A stretch of DNA of 64,000 nucleotides from Podarcis vaucheri (Eukaryota): the NCBI GenBank assembly GCA_965113315.1, contig OZ220368.1; one strand, written 5' to 3'. Below, one piece after another: positions 9,701 through 19,306 of the stretch (the stretch's first letter is position 1; each line of letters starts with the position of its first letter). Below the pieces are notes generated by a model. It worked only from the letters and a program-made list of their open reading frames with translations. It did no database searches and was not told where the DNA came from. Position numbers and translations under genes: made by a program.

Positions 9701-11859
9701 GAATCCAACTCTAGTAGTTGCTGAAGCTGAACTTAATGGCTTGGAGAGTAACATGATGCATCTTGTGTTTCAGATTTATTGACCACTTAATGGTCATGTT
9801 TGAAGAGCTACCTCCCTGGGATGTAGAAAAGAAATATATTCCTAGTGAACTGGAGGTAAGATACAACGCCTTTTGGCATTTATCTGTCCTTTCTTAAAAT
9901 GGATATTCTAATATATATAACCCTGAGCAGTGTAGCCCCATGTGGGATGCCTGGAGCCTAGACCTTTTGTACCCTAAGGAGGTGCGGGAGGGGAGCGATG
10001 GGCTCTAGCAGAGGTGGAGAGAGAGGGGGGACAGGAAGACTGAGGTTAGAGGGAGTAAGAAGGAGCCTTCCAGCAAAGACTGAGAGAGCAACCACACTTT
10101 GCCTTCACACAACAGTATACTAAGCAACAGCTTCATCATGGAGTTTGACAGAGCCTAAGTCAGCCTCTACCTGCATCCCAGGCCAAGAATGGGAAACTTA
10201 TGGCTCTTCAAATGCTGTTGGGTCTAAAATTACCATCTTCGTTGATCATTGGGTATGCTGGGGTTAATGGGATTTGGAGTCCAAAAACATCTAGAGGGCC
10301 AGACTCCCCAACCCTGATATAGCCACAGATAGGTCAGACAGGCAGAGAATAATCTCAAATCAGAGGGTTGTGTTATCCGTAAACAACTGCAAAATTGTTT
10401 TTAAACTTTCATTAAGTACTTAGATTTGTAGGCATGAATAAAAATTCATTTATTTAGCTCTTCCAAAGCCTTGAAGTATATGGCAAGCAATAAATAGAAA
10501 TAAAATTAAATCCGGTAAAACTACCACAATTCTGGACTCCCAGAACTTGCCCTAATAAATTGCAGTCTCAAATTGAAGCAATAGAAAGGGTTTTTCATCA
10601 CATGAGTAGTTGGTTGTTAGTATTATGGATGCCCTGCTGACCTGCATAAATAACGTACTAAGCCTTACAGGTAATGTTGCTTGTCCTTGTTCACATATTT
10701 AGTTGATTTGTTTCTCATATTAAATTGCACAGCTATATTTTGAGGATGAAGAAAAAGGAGAGATGTACCAGATAAACACAGAAACCACATTGCTACAAGC
10801 GCTGCAGCACCAAAGGTGAGATTCTGAGCTGGGGACTGCATGTTACTCATCTTTATTGTCAAAATGACACGTGTGTAATGTTGAATCAACAGGATCCATC
10901 TACTTGCTTCAAAAAAACAAGAAGGGTTTTTTTTTTTGTCTAACAGTAATCTGACAGAGAAATAATTGTTCGTCAGCAGATTCTGCTGTTAAGGTTACAG
11001 TAGTCTTAGATATCCACAGCCAACAAAACTGCCCATATGTTGTCGCTTCAGATTAGAGGTATCAGCTTCAGCTGAAGCTTATTCATCCATTTCACTACAG
11101 GGCTGCCTCAGTTTTCTCTTGGTGGCACCAGCTAGACGTGACAGTTACTTACGGAAATAACAATGCTTAGCCATTGCACTGAAGGGTGGCTGTATTTTTA
11201 GACTGCCTTGCAGCAAAAGGCTAGGTGACCAGCTTCTAAAGAAAGGGTAATTTGCTGCAGTTGCGCCTGCCTGAACTTTTAGAATGTCATGGATCTTCGC
11301 AGTGGGGACATCTCTTCTTACCAACCTAGCCTTTTAGATTTTCCAACAATCAAAGCAGGGGATGGACTTGAGCATCGTGCTGTGGTGAGCATTCCCTCTG
11401 TGCAAACATTTCAGCTTGCCAGACAGAATGTAGCCCACCTTTCTCTCCACTGTGCGCTATTCTGCAGGTTCTCCTGACCCCTGCCCAGAGCCAATTTCTG
11501 GGCATAAGAGCTTCTGCTGACTGGGCTTGTTAGGTGAATCCCACCCATATTATGTTTCTGTCCCATCTTCTTCCAGATTTGTAGAGCAGGCTGAGAATCT
11601 AACCTATCAAGTTATTCCAGTATCTTTCAGTGTGGAATGGGGTGGGGAAACGGGATGGTAGTGTAAGCAAACATGCATGCACAAACACAAGCATATAGGT
11701 TATCTTAACATGTTGTGAGCCAAGACTGGAGGTTGACTTTCTAATTGTTTTTGCAGGTACTTCATAAAAGCTGGGACTCCTACCTTTTTGGTTTTGGTGA
11801 AACTTGCACCTTTCTCTAAAAACTACTTCTTTGGGAAGAAGGTCCACTGGCTAAAGTGA
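3548..11859 (+). CDS. TTC4: Tetratricopeptide repeat protein 4 (Hsp90/Hsp70 co-chaperone, Cns1 family), complete, 10 exons, 1158 nt, ~385 aa
   Basis: Exons 3548-3658, 5405-5522, 6178-6333, 7078-7155, 8314-8438, 8541-8627, 8729-8943, 9774-9855, 10733-10815, 11757-11859; all GT-AG and phase-consistent; motifs NPDLACLQSIIFDE, YKNEGNDYFKEKDYKKAV, WPVLFLYPE. Confidence 0.97.
3850..4078 (+). mobile_element. Degenerate tRNA-derived SINE (MIR/Squam2-like)
   Basis: GGGTTCGAAATCTCCCACTC box followed by CCTCGCAGGGTTGTTG core and A-rich tail; similar to 53415-53603. Confidence 0.5.
5405..5522 (+). CDS. TTC4: TTC4 exon 2
   Basis: EFEQIPMFMRKAPAEIDPKQNPDLACLQSIIFDEDQTSE; AG/GT flanks. Confidence 0.95.
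6178..6333 (+). CDS. TTC4: TTC4 exon 3 (TPR1-2)
   Basis: QTYKNEGNDYFKEKDYKKAVISYSEGL...AAAQFYLG; only in-frame acceptor is AAG at 6175-6177. Confidence 0.9.
7078..7155 (+). CDS. TTC4: TTC4 exon 4
   Basis: NYRSALNDAIAARKLKPDHLKAITRG. Confidence 0.95.
8085..8299. mobile_element. Tc1/mariner-pogo (Tigger-like) MITE
   Basis: TIR CAGTGGTACCTCGGGTTA (2 mismatches at right end), TA on both sides. Confidence 0.88.
8314..8438 (+). CDS. TTC4: TTC4 exon 5
   Basis: ALCHLELKHFSEAITWCEEGL...ADRLK. Confidence 0.95.
8541..8627 (+). CDS. TTC4: TTC4 exon 6
   Basis: RAEERDFRKAKLHEKREQSRKEALLKAIK. Confidence 0.93.
8729..8943 (+). CDS. TTC4: TTC4 exon 7
   Basis: DRNIKLS...LTWPVLFLYPEHGQTDFISSFHEES. Confidence 0.95.
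9324..9507. mobile_element. Penelope-like retroelement terminal fragment with inverted duplication
   Basis: Perfect ~57-bp inverted repeat (9358-9414 / 9452-9508); 12-bp direct flank TCTGATCAGTGA (9312-9323, 9508-9519); typical squamate PLE end. Confidence 0.8.
9410..9449 (-). ncRNA. Minimal type I hammerhead ribozyme motif (Penelope-associated)
   Basis: Minus strand GGUAU-CUGAAGA-A-GUGUGC-AU-GCACAC-GAAA-GC-UC-AUACC: core, stem II, palindromic AGCU stem III, 5-bp stem I. Confidence 0.75.
9774..9855 (+). CDS. TTC4: TTC4 exon 8
   Basis: FIDHLMVMFEELPPWDVEKKYIPSELE. Confidence 0.95.
10733..10815 (+). CDS. TTC4: TTC4 exon 9
   Basis: LYFEDEEKGEMYQINTETTLLQALQHQ. Confidence 0.95.
11757..11859 (+). 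CDS. TTC4: TTC4 exon 10 (stop TGA)
   Basis: YFIKAGTPTFLVLVKLAPFSKNYFFGKKVHWLK*. Confidence 0.95.
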
Positions 11860-12104
11860 ATGAACATTTTTTGAGGGGGTTGGGGTGGAATACAACACAT
11901 AATGGAACACGGCCTTTATAAACTGAAAGATCAACATTTTGTACACATGTATCTTCTTCTACAACAATTGAGATGGCAGATTTCCTAATCCTAACCACAG
12001 AAACTGCACCTGCACTTCTATTTAATTGGGGTGAATAAGCATCGTTCACATTTCCTTAAAAGTAAAGGAACAGAACATACGTTAACATACGTTAAGTAGA
12101 AAAC

Positions 12105-12300
12105 CTCACTCTCCACTGTCAAAGGCAGTTATGTCTCTGAATACCAGTTGCAGAGTATCACAGGTGGGGAGAAGGCTGTGGCACTTGGGTCCTGCATGCA
12201 GGCATCTCGCACGTATCTGCTTGGGCACTGTGAGTACAACATGCTGGATTATAGGGGCCTCTTTTTCACCTGATCTGGTAGGGCTTCTGTTACGTTATTC
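12105..12300 (+). mobile_element. Degenerate CR1 LINE 3' end downstream of the TTC4 stop
   Basis: Resembles squamate CR1 3'UTR (cactgtgag..atgctgga..cctgatc..agggct); related fragment at ~42655-42840. Confidence 0.5.
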
Positions 12301-14007
12301 ACCTAGATATTTAATACACTGAGTTTTGCTTTAGAGAAACAGACCTCTCCCCCCCCCCAATATCCGATTAGTTCTTGAAGTATCCAGTTTATCATAAACC
12401 ATGTTAATCTCAATGGGGCTTCTACTAGCAGCTTGGGGCAACACAGTATAACTTTACAGATTTAAGTACCATAAAGTAAGTGTATCCAGGGATCAGGGAG
12501 CATACTTGCATCGAATGCTATGCAAGTACAGCTAACAATTCTGTTTTAGGAATAGTTAGAATGTGGGGGGGGGGACCCCTAAATGCCCGCCACCTGTTGT
12601 TACTTTTCCAATAGATTCATACAGAGCGTTCGCCTGCTCAATAGGCACAGAGATTAAACCACAGCTGCGATTTATTCACTACTGTCTTGTGCACTTCAGC
12701 AAAGGAATGTGGAATGCCATTGTTGAGAGCTCTACAATTTTGCTGGCTTTTTGCTGTGACAAGTTCGTATTAACCTATCCAAAATAGGTTTTAAAAGGAG
12801 CTGGGCACATTTTATAGGTTCTAAATTATGGTTTTAATTTCTAGAGGTACATTTCTTACACCCATCCAGTTGCTAAAGTTGTGGCCAAAGTAGCATCCTT
12901 CTCCATGCTGCTAATGTACAACAAGTAAAAATACAACATAAAATGACTTGTTTCTAGAGTACAATATCTCAAGGATGTGCCTTCACACTGAGTCTATCTA
13001 TGGCATCCCTCTGTATACAGCTTAATTGTTTTTGAAGTGCTCTCATGCAAGTGCTTTCTGAACTTGGAACTCACATCACTTTTCATGGAGGTGGGAAGAT
13101 CCAGTAAACGCAACTTAAGGCATGAGACAAGGGATGTGCTGCACAGCAATTTACTCCTGAGTTCAACCTATATAGAAGGGCAAGTACTACCTGAACAAAC
13201 CTGGCTAGTGCTTGTCTCCAGGGAAAAGGAGGTACCAAACTGCTGCTTGACTTTTGAAACTAGACCTCTGTTGTATAGCAAATAAAGAACAGGAGCATTT
13301 TACAATAGGGTACTTTCGGCTGGGAAACAAATTCATTACTGTATTGCATTTAGATTTCGTTTTATTACCGCATCTGTTGTTGCTCTTTGGAACGTAAGGC
13401 TTTAATATAATCCCTGGTAGAATTAAAAAACAGTCACCTTTTGGCTGGGAAGAGCATTTTACCTTTTCAGAAGTTGGTATCAAATATATTTGATATCAGA
13501 AGAGATTTTCCCTAGATTGGACCAAGCACAGTTAGGAAGTCATAGGTGCCCTTAAGCTGATACCCATAACTAGCAAGGCTGCAGCCACCTTAAAAGGTTA
13601 ACATCTGGTCCTTTAGAAGACTAGGAGGAGCAGAGGGCAAATAAAGTGACAAATCCTTTTTCAGCTGTAGGCATCTGCTTACGAATTTTTCATTTTCAAA
13701 AAGAAACCTGTTACTTGCATCAAGTATTTTGGTGGCATTTATATTGTCTCATAATTGTCTGACCAAGTATTACTATTACAATGAGATGTCTCATTGATCA
13801 ACAAGAAGTCCAGTGTTCTATGAAAGGTTGATTAGTGCATGGGCTGCCAATCCAATGATGGCTGGAAAATTTATAGCAGAACAGGCTGATCCAAGCACCT
13901 GTGAATCCTGCTTGGAGGAGCACTCTACAGCAACCTAGGCCATGGCTTCTGCCATTTGCAGTCCATCTTTTCACAATCATGCCCATGCAGGTTATTTACC
14001 CATGTGC

Positions 14008-14307
14008 TTACAATGTTGAAAGGTGAGCAGCCATATAGTAGAGGCTCAAGCCATTGCATGCGATGCAGCAGAGGTTGCAGAGGGAAGAGAAACCATGATA
14101 GATGCTCAGTCTGCTTGTCAGCTCCCTGTAATGGGAATCCAGTTGACGCAGCCGCATAAAGGACCTCTGCGGGAACCACCCAGCATCCTCTCCCAAGCCA
14201 TAGCTTTGCTCAACCAGGTGCATTTCAGCCATAATATCTGAAGTCACTTGCCCAAACCACTGAGCGTTTAGAGCAGCAACTATGACACAAATGAAGAAGA
14301 CTGTAAT
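14008..14307 (-). CDS. TMEM205-like coding exon 3
   Basis: ITVFFICVIVAALNAQWFG...YHGFSSLCNLCCIACNGLSLYYMAAHLSTL*. Confidence 0.92.
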   Translation of the reverse strand: MTVFFICVIVAALNAQWFGQVTSDIMAEMHLVEQSYGLGEDAGWFPQRSFMRLRQLDSHYRELTSRLSIYHGFSSLCNLCCIACNGLSLYYMAAHLSTL

Positions 14308-15713
14308 CTGGAAAGGAAAGATAGTTATGCTATGAACTATTTATTGTCGGGTAGCATCAGCCAGTATGTGGGGGGTTTTCATACCACATGTAGCTGCAAT
14401 CACTTTGCAGGAATAATACTCGGATTCATGGCTGGTACCTAGGCAGGTTCCTGTGGCCCCAGCAGTGCATATCATCCTTAAAATAACCCTGTGGGTTGGC
14501 CCTGCCATTGCATTTTCAAATTAGGATTAATAGGGTATATTTTGGTGCAAGATGTTCTGTTCCTGTGCCAAGTCACCAAACTGTGCTCCTTTGCTGCTCT
14601 GCCCCACCACCTACTGTCTGAATACTACCCCCTACCAGCCATGGTGGTAGTTACAGGAAACAGAAAGAGTGCCCTGCTAGTAAGTGTGGGTGGCTTCTCG
14701 GTCTGACCACTTCTTCCTAAGGCAGGCATGCCATCACAAGCGAGGCCATGTAACAAAGCGGAATGGCGGACTAACGGATGCACGTGATATTTAAAAGAGG
14801 GAGCCCACTACCTGCATGGTTTCTTCCTCATTGAGAAGTTCGCTGGGGTGACACATGGCAAATATGGTCAGGTTGATGAAAGCACAAGCTGAGCCAATGT
14901 GGAAGTAATAAGGGAAGAGGCAACTCTGAATGAATCCGAATGTATGTTGTGAGAGATTGTTGCCCATCACAAAACCTGCAAGAACAAGTGGGGCGAGCAC
15001 AAAGGAACAAGGTTATTTAAATGATACAAATGCTAAAAATAATAATGAATAGCTGTTTTTTTAAAAAAACATTGGATGCAAAATTAACAGACGTATACAG
15101 TTTTAGATAATCTCTTCTAGCTTCAGAATGGCTTATTTCCATAGCTGTCAACCTTCCCTTTTTTGCGGGAAATTCCCTTATTTCAGCGCCGCTATCCCGG
15201 ATTGTTAGATATCCCGTAGACTGGCCCCGGGACTGGTGAGGCTGCTGAGCCCTTACATTTTCAAATCCAAAAGTTGACAGCTATGCTTATTTCCATTGTT
15301 TATTAGGATTTTCCACACTCGGTTTTACCTTCACATCATCATCATTCAGCTGCTTGGTGTCTAGGAATATAGACTCGCCAATCCAGAAAGTAAATCTTCT
15401 TGCCAACCAGTGTTATCCCTATTTGCCCAGCCTACATCTTACTGCCAAACTAAAGTAGCCCTTTTCCCCTTTCTGAATTCACTGCATATGCCAGTCCAGA
15501 GCACTCCCATTTCTCCAAATGTCGAATCCCTCCCTAAATAAATTAACTGTGATTAATTTGGCCTTTAAGCATCTATGTGCAAAGAGTGGGGCTGTGGAAC
15601 GGTCCCAACCTACTGGCTATAAAAGTCACCCAGATCTGCATTCCCCAGAAAGTTGAAAGGAAAACCAAGTGGAGCACTTTCACTAAGGTCGAGGGATCAG
15701 CATCTGTGGACAT
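14008..15713 (-). CDS. Transmembrane protein 205-like (DUF4149 family), complete, 3 coding exons, ~187 aa
   Basis: Exons 15713-15614, 14975-14812, 14307-14008; motifs HLVFLSTFWGMQIWVTF, HTFGFIQSCLFPYYFHI, YHGFSSLCNL match TMEM205; Kozak-like ACCATG; symbol withheld because it is probably a paralogue. Confidence 0.92.
14812..14975 (-). CDS. TMEM205-like coding exon 2
   Basis: FVMGNNLSQHTFGFIQSCLFPYYFHIGSACAFINL...EETMQ. Confidence 0.92.
15140..15285. mobile_element. hAT MITE in TMEM205-like intron
   Basis: TIR CATAGCTGTCAAC; perfect TSD CTTATTTC (15132-15139, 15286-15293). Confidence 0.9.
15614..15713 (-). CDS. TMEM205-like coding exon 1
   Basis: MSTDADPSTLVKVLHLVFLSTFWGMQIWVTFIA; donor gtaggt; 5'UTR acceptor near 15783. 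Confidence 0.9.
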
Positions 15714-17639
15714 GGTACTTCAAGAAGATAGTCGCTTGCAACTCCCTTGGCCAAACTTCAACTTGGGAGACACTCGTTTTACCTGTTCAGACACACTGAG
15801 AGGCAAAAGAAAGTTACTTCAGCTTCAAAGTAGTCAGAAATGTCCTGTCCCCTCAAAATTAAAGTGTAATTGTCACATGTGTTCTCTCTCACACCACATT
15901 TCTTAGGGGTATATGTTTTGTATTGCTGCTGTGAAGGAGTTGAATTTAAATGGACCGGCTAATAGTGCTTAACAAAATTCTCAGCCAGTGCTCCCAAGAG
16001 AGAGCTATTCTCAGACATCTGTGAACAGTGGCGCTCATAACCTCCCCTTTTGACTAGACTGATAAAAAGATGGCCAGGTCATCACACCATATGCCACCAT
16101 AAAGCCAGGAGCAGGTTTTAAAGGCTTTGGGCAACATCTGGAACCATTAATGCCAATGAGCATTTAACCAGTGATTACAGAGGGATGTGGGTTGCATTCA
16201 TAAGGACTTGGAACACAGACTTCTTATTTATTCAATTTTTTCCAGCATTTATTCCATGGTCTTCAAATTACAGTGAAGGGAAGCTTCTCTGTTACTTCAG
16301 GTAAATTCTGACCCCAGTCAATGCTTAGGCTGGGTAAAGTAGGTCTGGATTTAGCTCAAAGCAATTATTCCAGCCTACCAAAAATTAGGGCCACTTCCAA
16401 TGTCACAAATTTATGTTGTAGTCCCACAACAGCTGGAGACCCAAGTTTGGGAAACCCTGCTAGAGGAAATGTTCCATGTGTGGTGGTTGCCATGTGAGGG
16501 GCACATCAATTATTATGGAGAAATTCTTTAAATGCCCAGAGTGCTGTAACAAAGTGGATGCAAAGGGCATAATGTAAATTTTAGTATGGGCCAAAACCAT
16601 TAGAATGGTGTGGGTTAGCAGAAACTCAGACTCCTACATTATTAGTATCTAGAAACCCACAAGCAGGAATGAAAGTAATTATTCAGTAATTGTCTATAGC
16701 AGGTCCCGCAGCCATCCCACCCAGTCACCCTCCAATCACCTACCAAAAATACACTTGCTGTTACAGACCCTCAGGTGGAGAATCAACTACAAATGTAGAT
16801 CCTGACTAATAGTTGCTCACCAAAGCCACTTGCTATAACAAAAGAGTCCATACCTGAATTAATTTAAATGGTTTTACATGGTTTTTATTGCATTGTGAAA
16901 CTGCTTTGAGAGGCTTCATGGGAAGTGACTCTTAAATTGTTATGGATTGCAGCAACATGCTCCTTATTCCAAGCAGTAAAATATTTTCAGCGGGGTAACG
17001 CACCTCCTGATCTGAACAGAATACTGCATATAATATAGGAAAAGCAAACTAGGAGAGTAACAGGTTTTTTCCACTCCTTAAACTTCCAAGTACCTCAAGA
17101 TGGGTAGTTTACTTTCAGAGAAACACATAAGCTGACACTTGTCTTCCTCATCCCTTCAACCTGCAACACAAAAGGGAAACTTGGAGGCTAGTAAAAGACA
17201 AATACCGTATTCCCCAAGGGATTCTCAGATAAATTGCAATTAGGAGTACATGAGCGAGAACTCTGCATAAAGGAATCCCGCGATTATAAATTGCACTCTT
17301 TGATTCCCCTTAGTATAGCGGTAGTGACACTGTACCCTCAGTCTGAAAGAATAGCAGGTGCTTCAGCCGAGTGGGTGGCCAAAGACATTTCAAACGGGTT
17401 TTCAGCGACTAGCAAGTTGAAATATTAACTTCAAAACAAAACTTTCCTTACCACCGGTGAATGACGTTGCACTGGTGCGTTTTTCAGTGTGTCACTCAGA
17501 CTCCCCGCCGCCCAAGGCTAGAATCTCAGAAACACAAACACTAGCAAAGCTGCCGGATCAGATCCCAAAACAAGAATGGCATCTTTACCATCAAAATAAG
17601 CAGGGTCGGAAAGGATACGATCAAGAACCGGGCACAACA

Positions 17640-18300
17640 CTCAAAAGCAGCGGATCCACACATCCCACATCAAACGGCCCCCAAGCGCGGCCAGATAATT
17701 GCATAGAAAGCATTTCGCTGTGCAAACAGACGGAACTACATCCCGGAACTGGGAAGGAAAGTCCCCCTTGCGGCGGGAATGCAGAGACAGACTGGACTGG
17801 GCGATAGGGAAAATCCTCGTGCTAGTGCTAAAAAGAAGCCAGAAACGCAAGCGGAGGGGGGCGTGTCGCGATGTGCAAGTTTGCACAGGGGGACTTTTCT
17901 CTTTTGCAAGTGCTCTTTTACCTACGACTGGAGGAAACTTCAGCCCGTACCCCAGCAATCGTGGGGAAAACGGGTGCCAATCCGAGAGGGGAGCGTCCCC
18001 CTCGTGGCAGGCAGTTGCTCAGGCGGGGTCTTTTGGCCAGGCCACACTGCTGAGCTGCTCAGGCAAGGGGGGGCGCAGGACTGGTCGGCGCGGGGCTTGC
18101 ACAGGTCACCCCAGATCCTGCTGGTCCCCCACCTACCTTAGCCCGACTGGGTGGAGGCGAACCTCCCTTACCCGACTGAGTTAGGGGTTGCCCACCTCGT
18201 TCTTCCGACGGATCTCCCCAGTTCTCCTTTCCCCACTCCGAGGCGGGGCCAGCGGTGGGTGGGAGTCTCGGCCTCTGGAGAGACGTCGCCTTTGCCCTAG
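17640..18300 (-). promoter_or_regulatory. CpG island; likely promoter and non-coding first exon(s) of the TMEM205-like gene
   Basis: CpG-rich non-repeat DNA; minus-strand donors GTAAGG (~18171, ~17451) and GTAGGT (~18136); GC box GGCGGGGC at 18242. Confidence 0.6.
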
Positions 18301-18832
18301 TTTATTTTTCCTGAGCCCCCATCATCACCGAGGCTTTTACAGCTGCTCCTTTGCTGAGGTGGAAGCTCTCGACACCATAAAACGCTAGGACAGATGACCC
18401 CAGACAAAAACAAGGGAGTTGCGCCATATTCAAAGCGGCAGCTTCTCAGTAGCACAGAACGCCTGCCCTTTTTGAAGAAGAGTCCTGTGCAGCTCAGCTG
18501 CCTTATTGTCCAACTTCAGTACCTTGGTCTAGTAAAAGCTAGCATGCATCTCAACCATGGGGGTCATACTTGGTTTCACTTATGGCACCTCAGCCCTAAG
18601 CCGCTTTCCATAGAGCCGGAACAAGCTGGCAGAGCTTTGCAGATGGGAGGAAAGTACCCCTGTATTGGGCAGCTGGAGTTAGCAGAGAGTCATGTTTGTT
18701 TCTGCAAAAGCAAGTAACTAGAGGGGTCATAACTCTCCAGTGGGTAACGTGGTGCAGAAAGTTCAGGCGTAAAGGATGGTCAAGTGCTATGCTATATATC
18801 CAAAAACTGTGCAGGTAGAGAAACACTATTCC

Positions 18833-19306
18833 CAGTGGCGTAGCGTGGGTTCTCAGCACCCGGGGCAAGGCAAGTAATTTGCGCCCCCTAATCCGTGGAT
18901 TTTAGCACTCGAGTCTCTTCTGCGCCCCCCCCCCAGATGTTGTGCCAGGTGCAGCAGGCCCCCTGCACCCCCCACGCTACGCCACTGCTCCCACCACAAG
19001 TCTTCAGGACAGCCATCCGAAGGCTGGCGTGGGGAGAAGGTCTCTCCGCCCCACCGCCAGGCTTCGGAGCAGCCTTCCGAAGGCTGGCGCGGGGAGAAGG
19101 TCTCTCCGCCCCACCACCAGGCTTCGGAGCATCCTTCCGAAGGCTGGCGGCGGGAGGAGGTCTCTCCGCCCCACCGCCAGCCTTCGGAGGAGGTCCGAGG
19201 ACAGTGGGGTTCCTGCTTCCTCGAGGAGGGCTGGCCAAACGCGCCCCCCCCAAATGTTGCGCCCGGTGCGGCCGGCACCCCTGGCACCCCCCACGCTACG
19301 CCACTG
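18833..19306. mobile_element. Compound hAT MITE with duplicated right end and internal 60-bp tandem array
   Basis: TIR CAGTGGCGTAGCGTGGG; perfect TSD ACTATTCC (18825-18832, 19307-19314); second right TIR ends at 18987. Confidence 0.9.
19011..19190. repeat. 3 x 60-bp GC-rich tandem repeat
   Basis: Unit ...CCGAAGGCTGGCG...GGTCTCTCCGCCCCACC...CTTCGGAG repeated three times. Confidence 0.9.

Noticed and set aside
17457-18388. ORFs of 105-161 aa in the CpG island
   Set aside because: No recognisable protein features; typical of GC-rich promoter DNA
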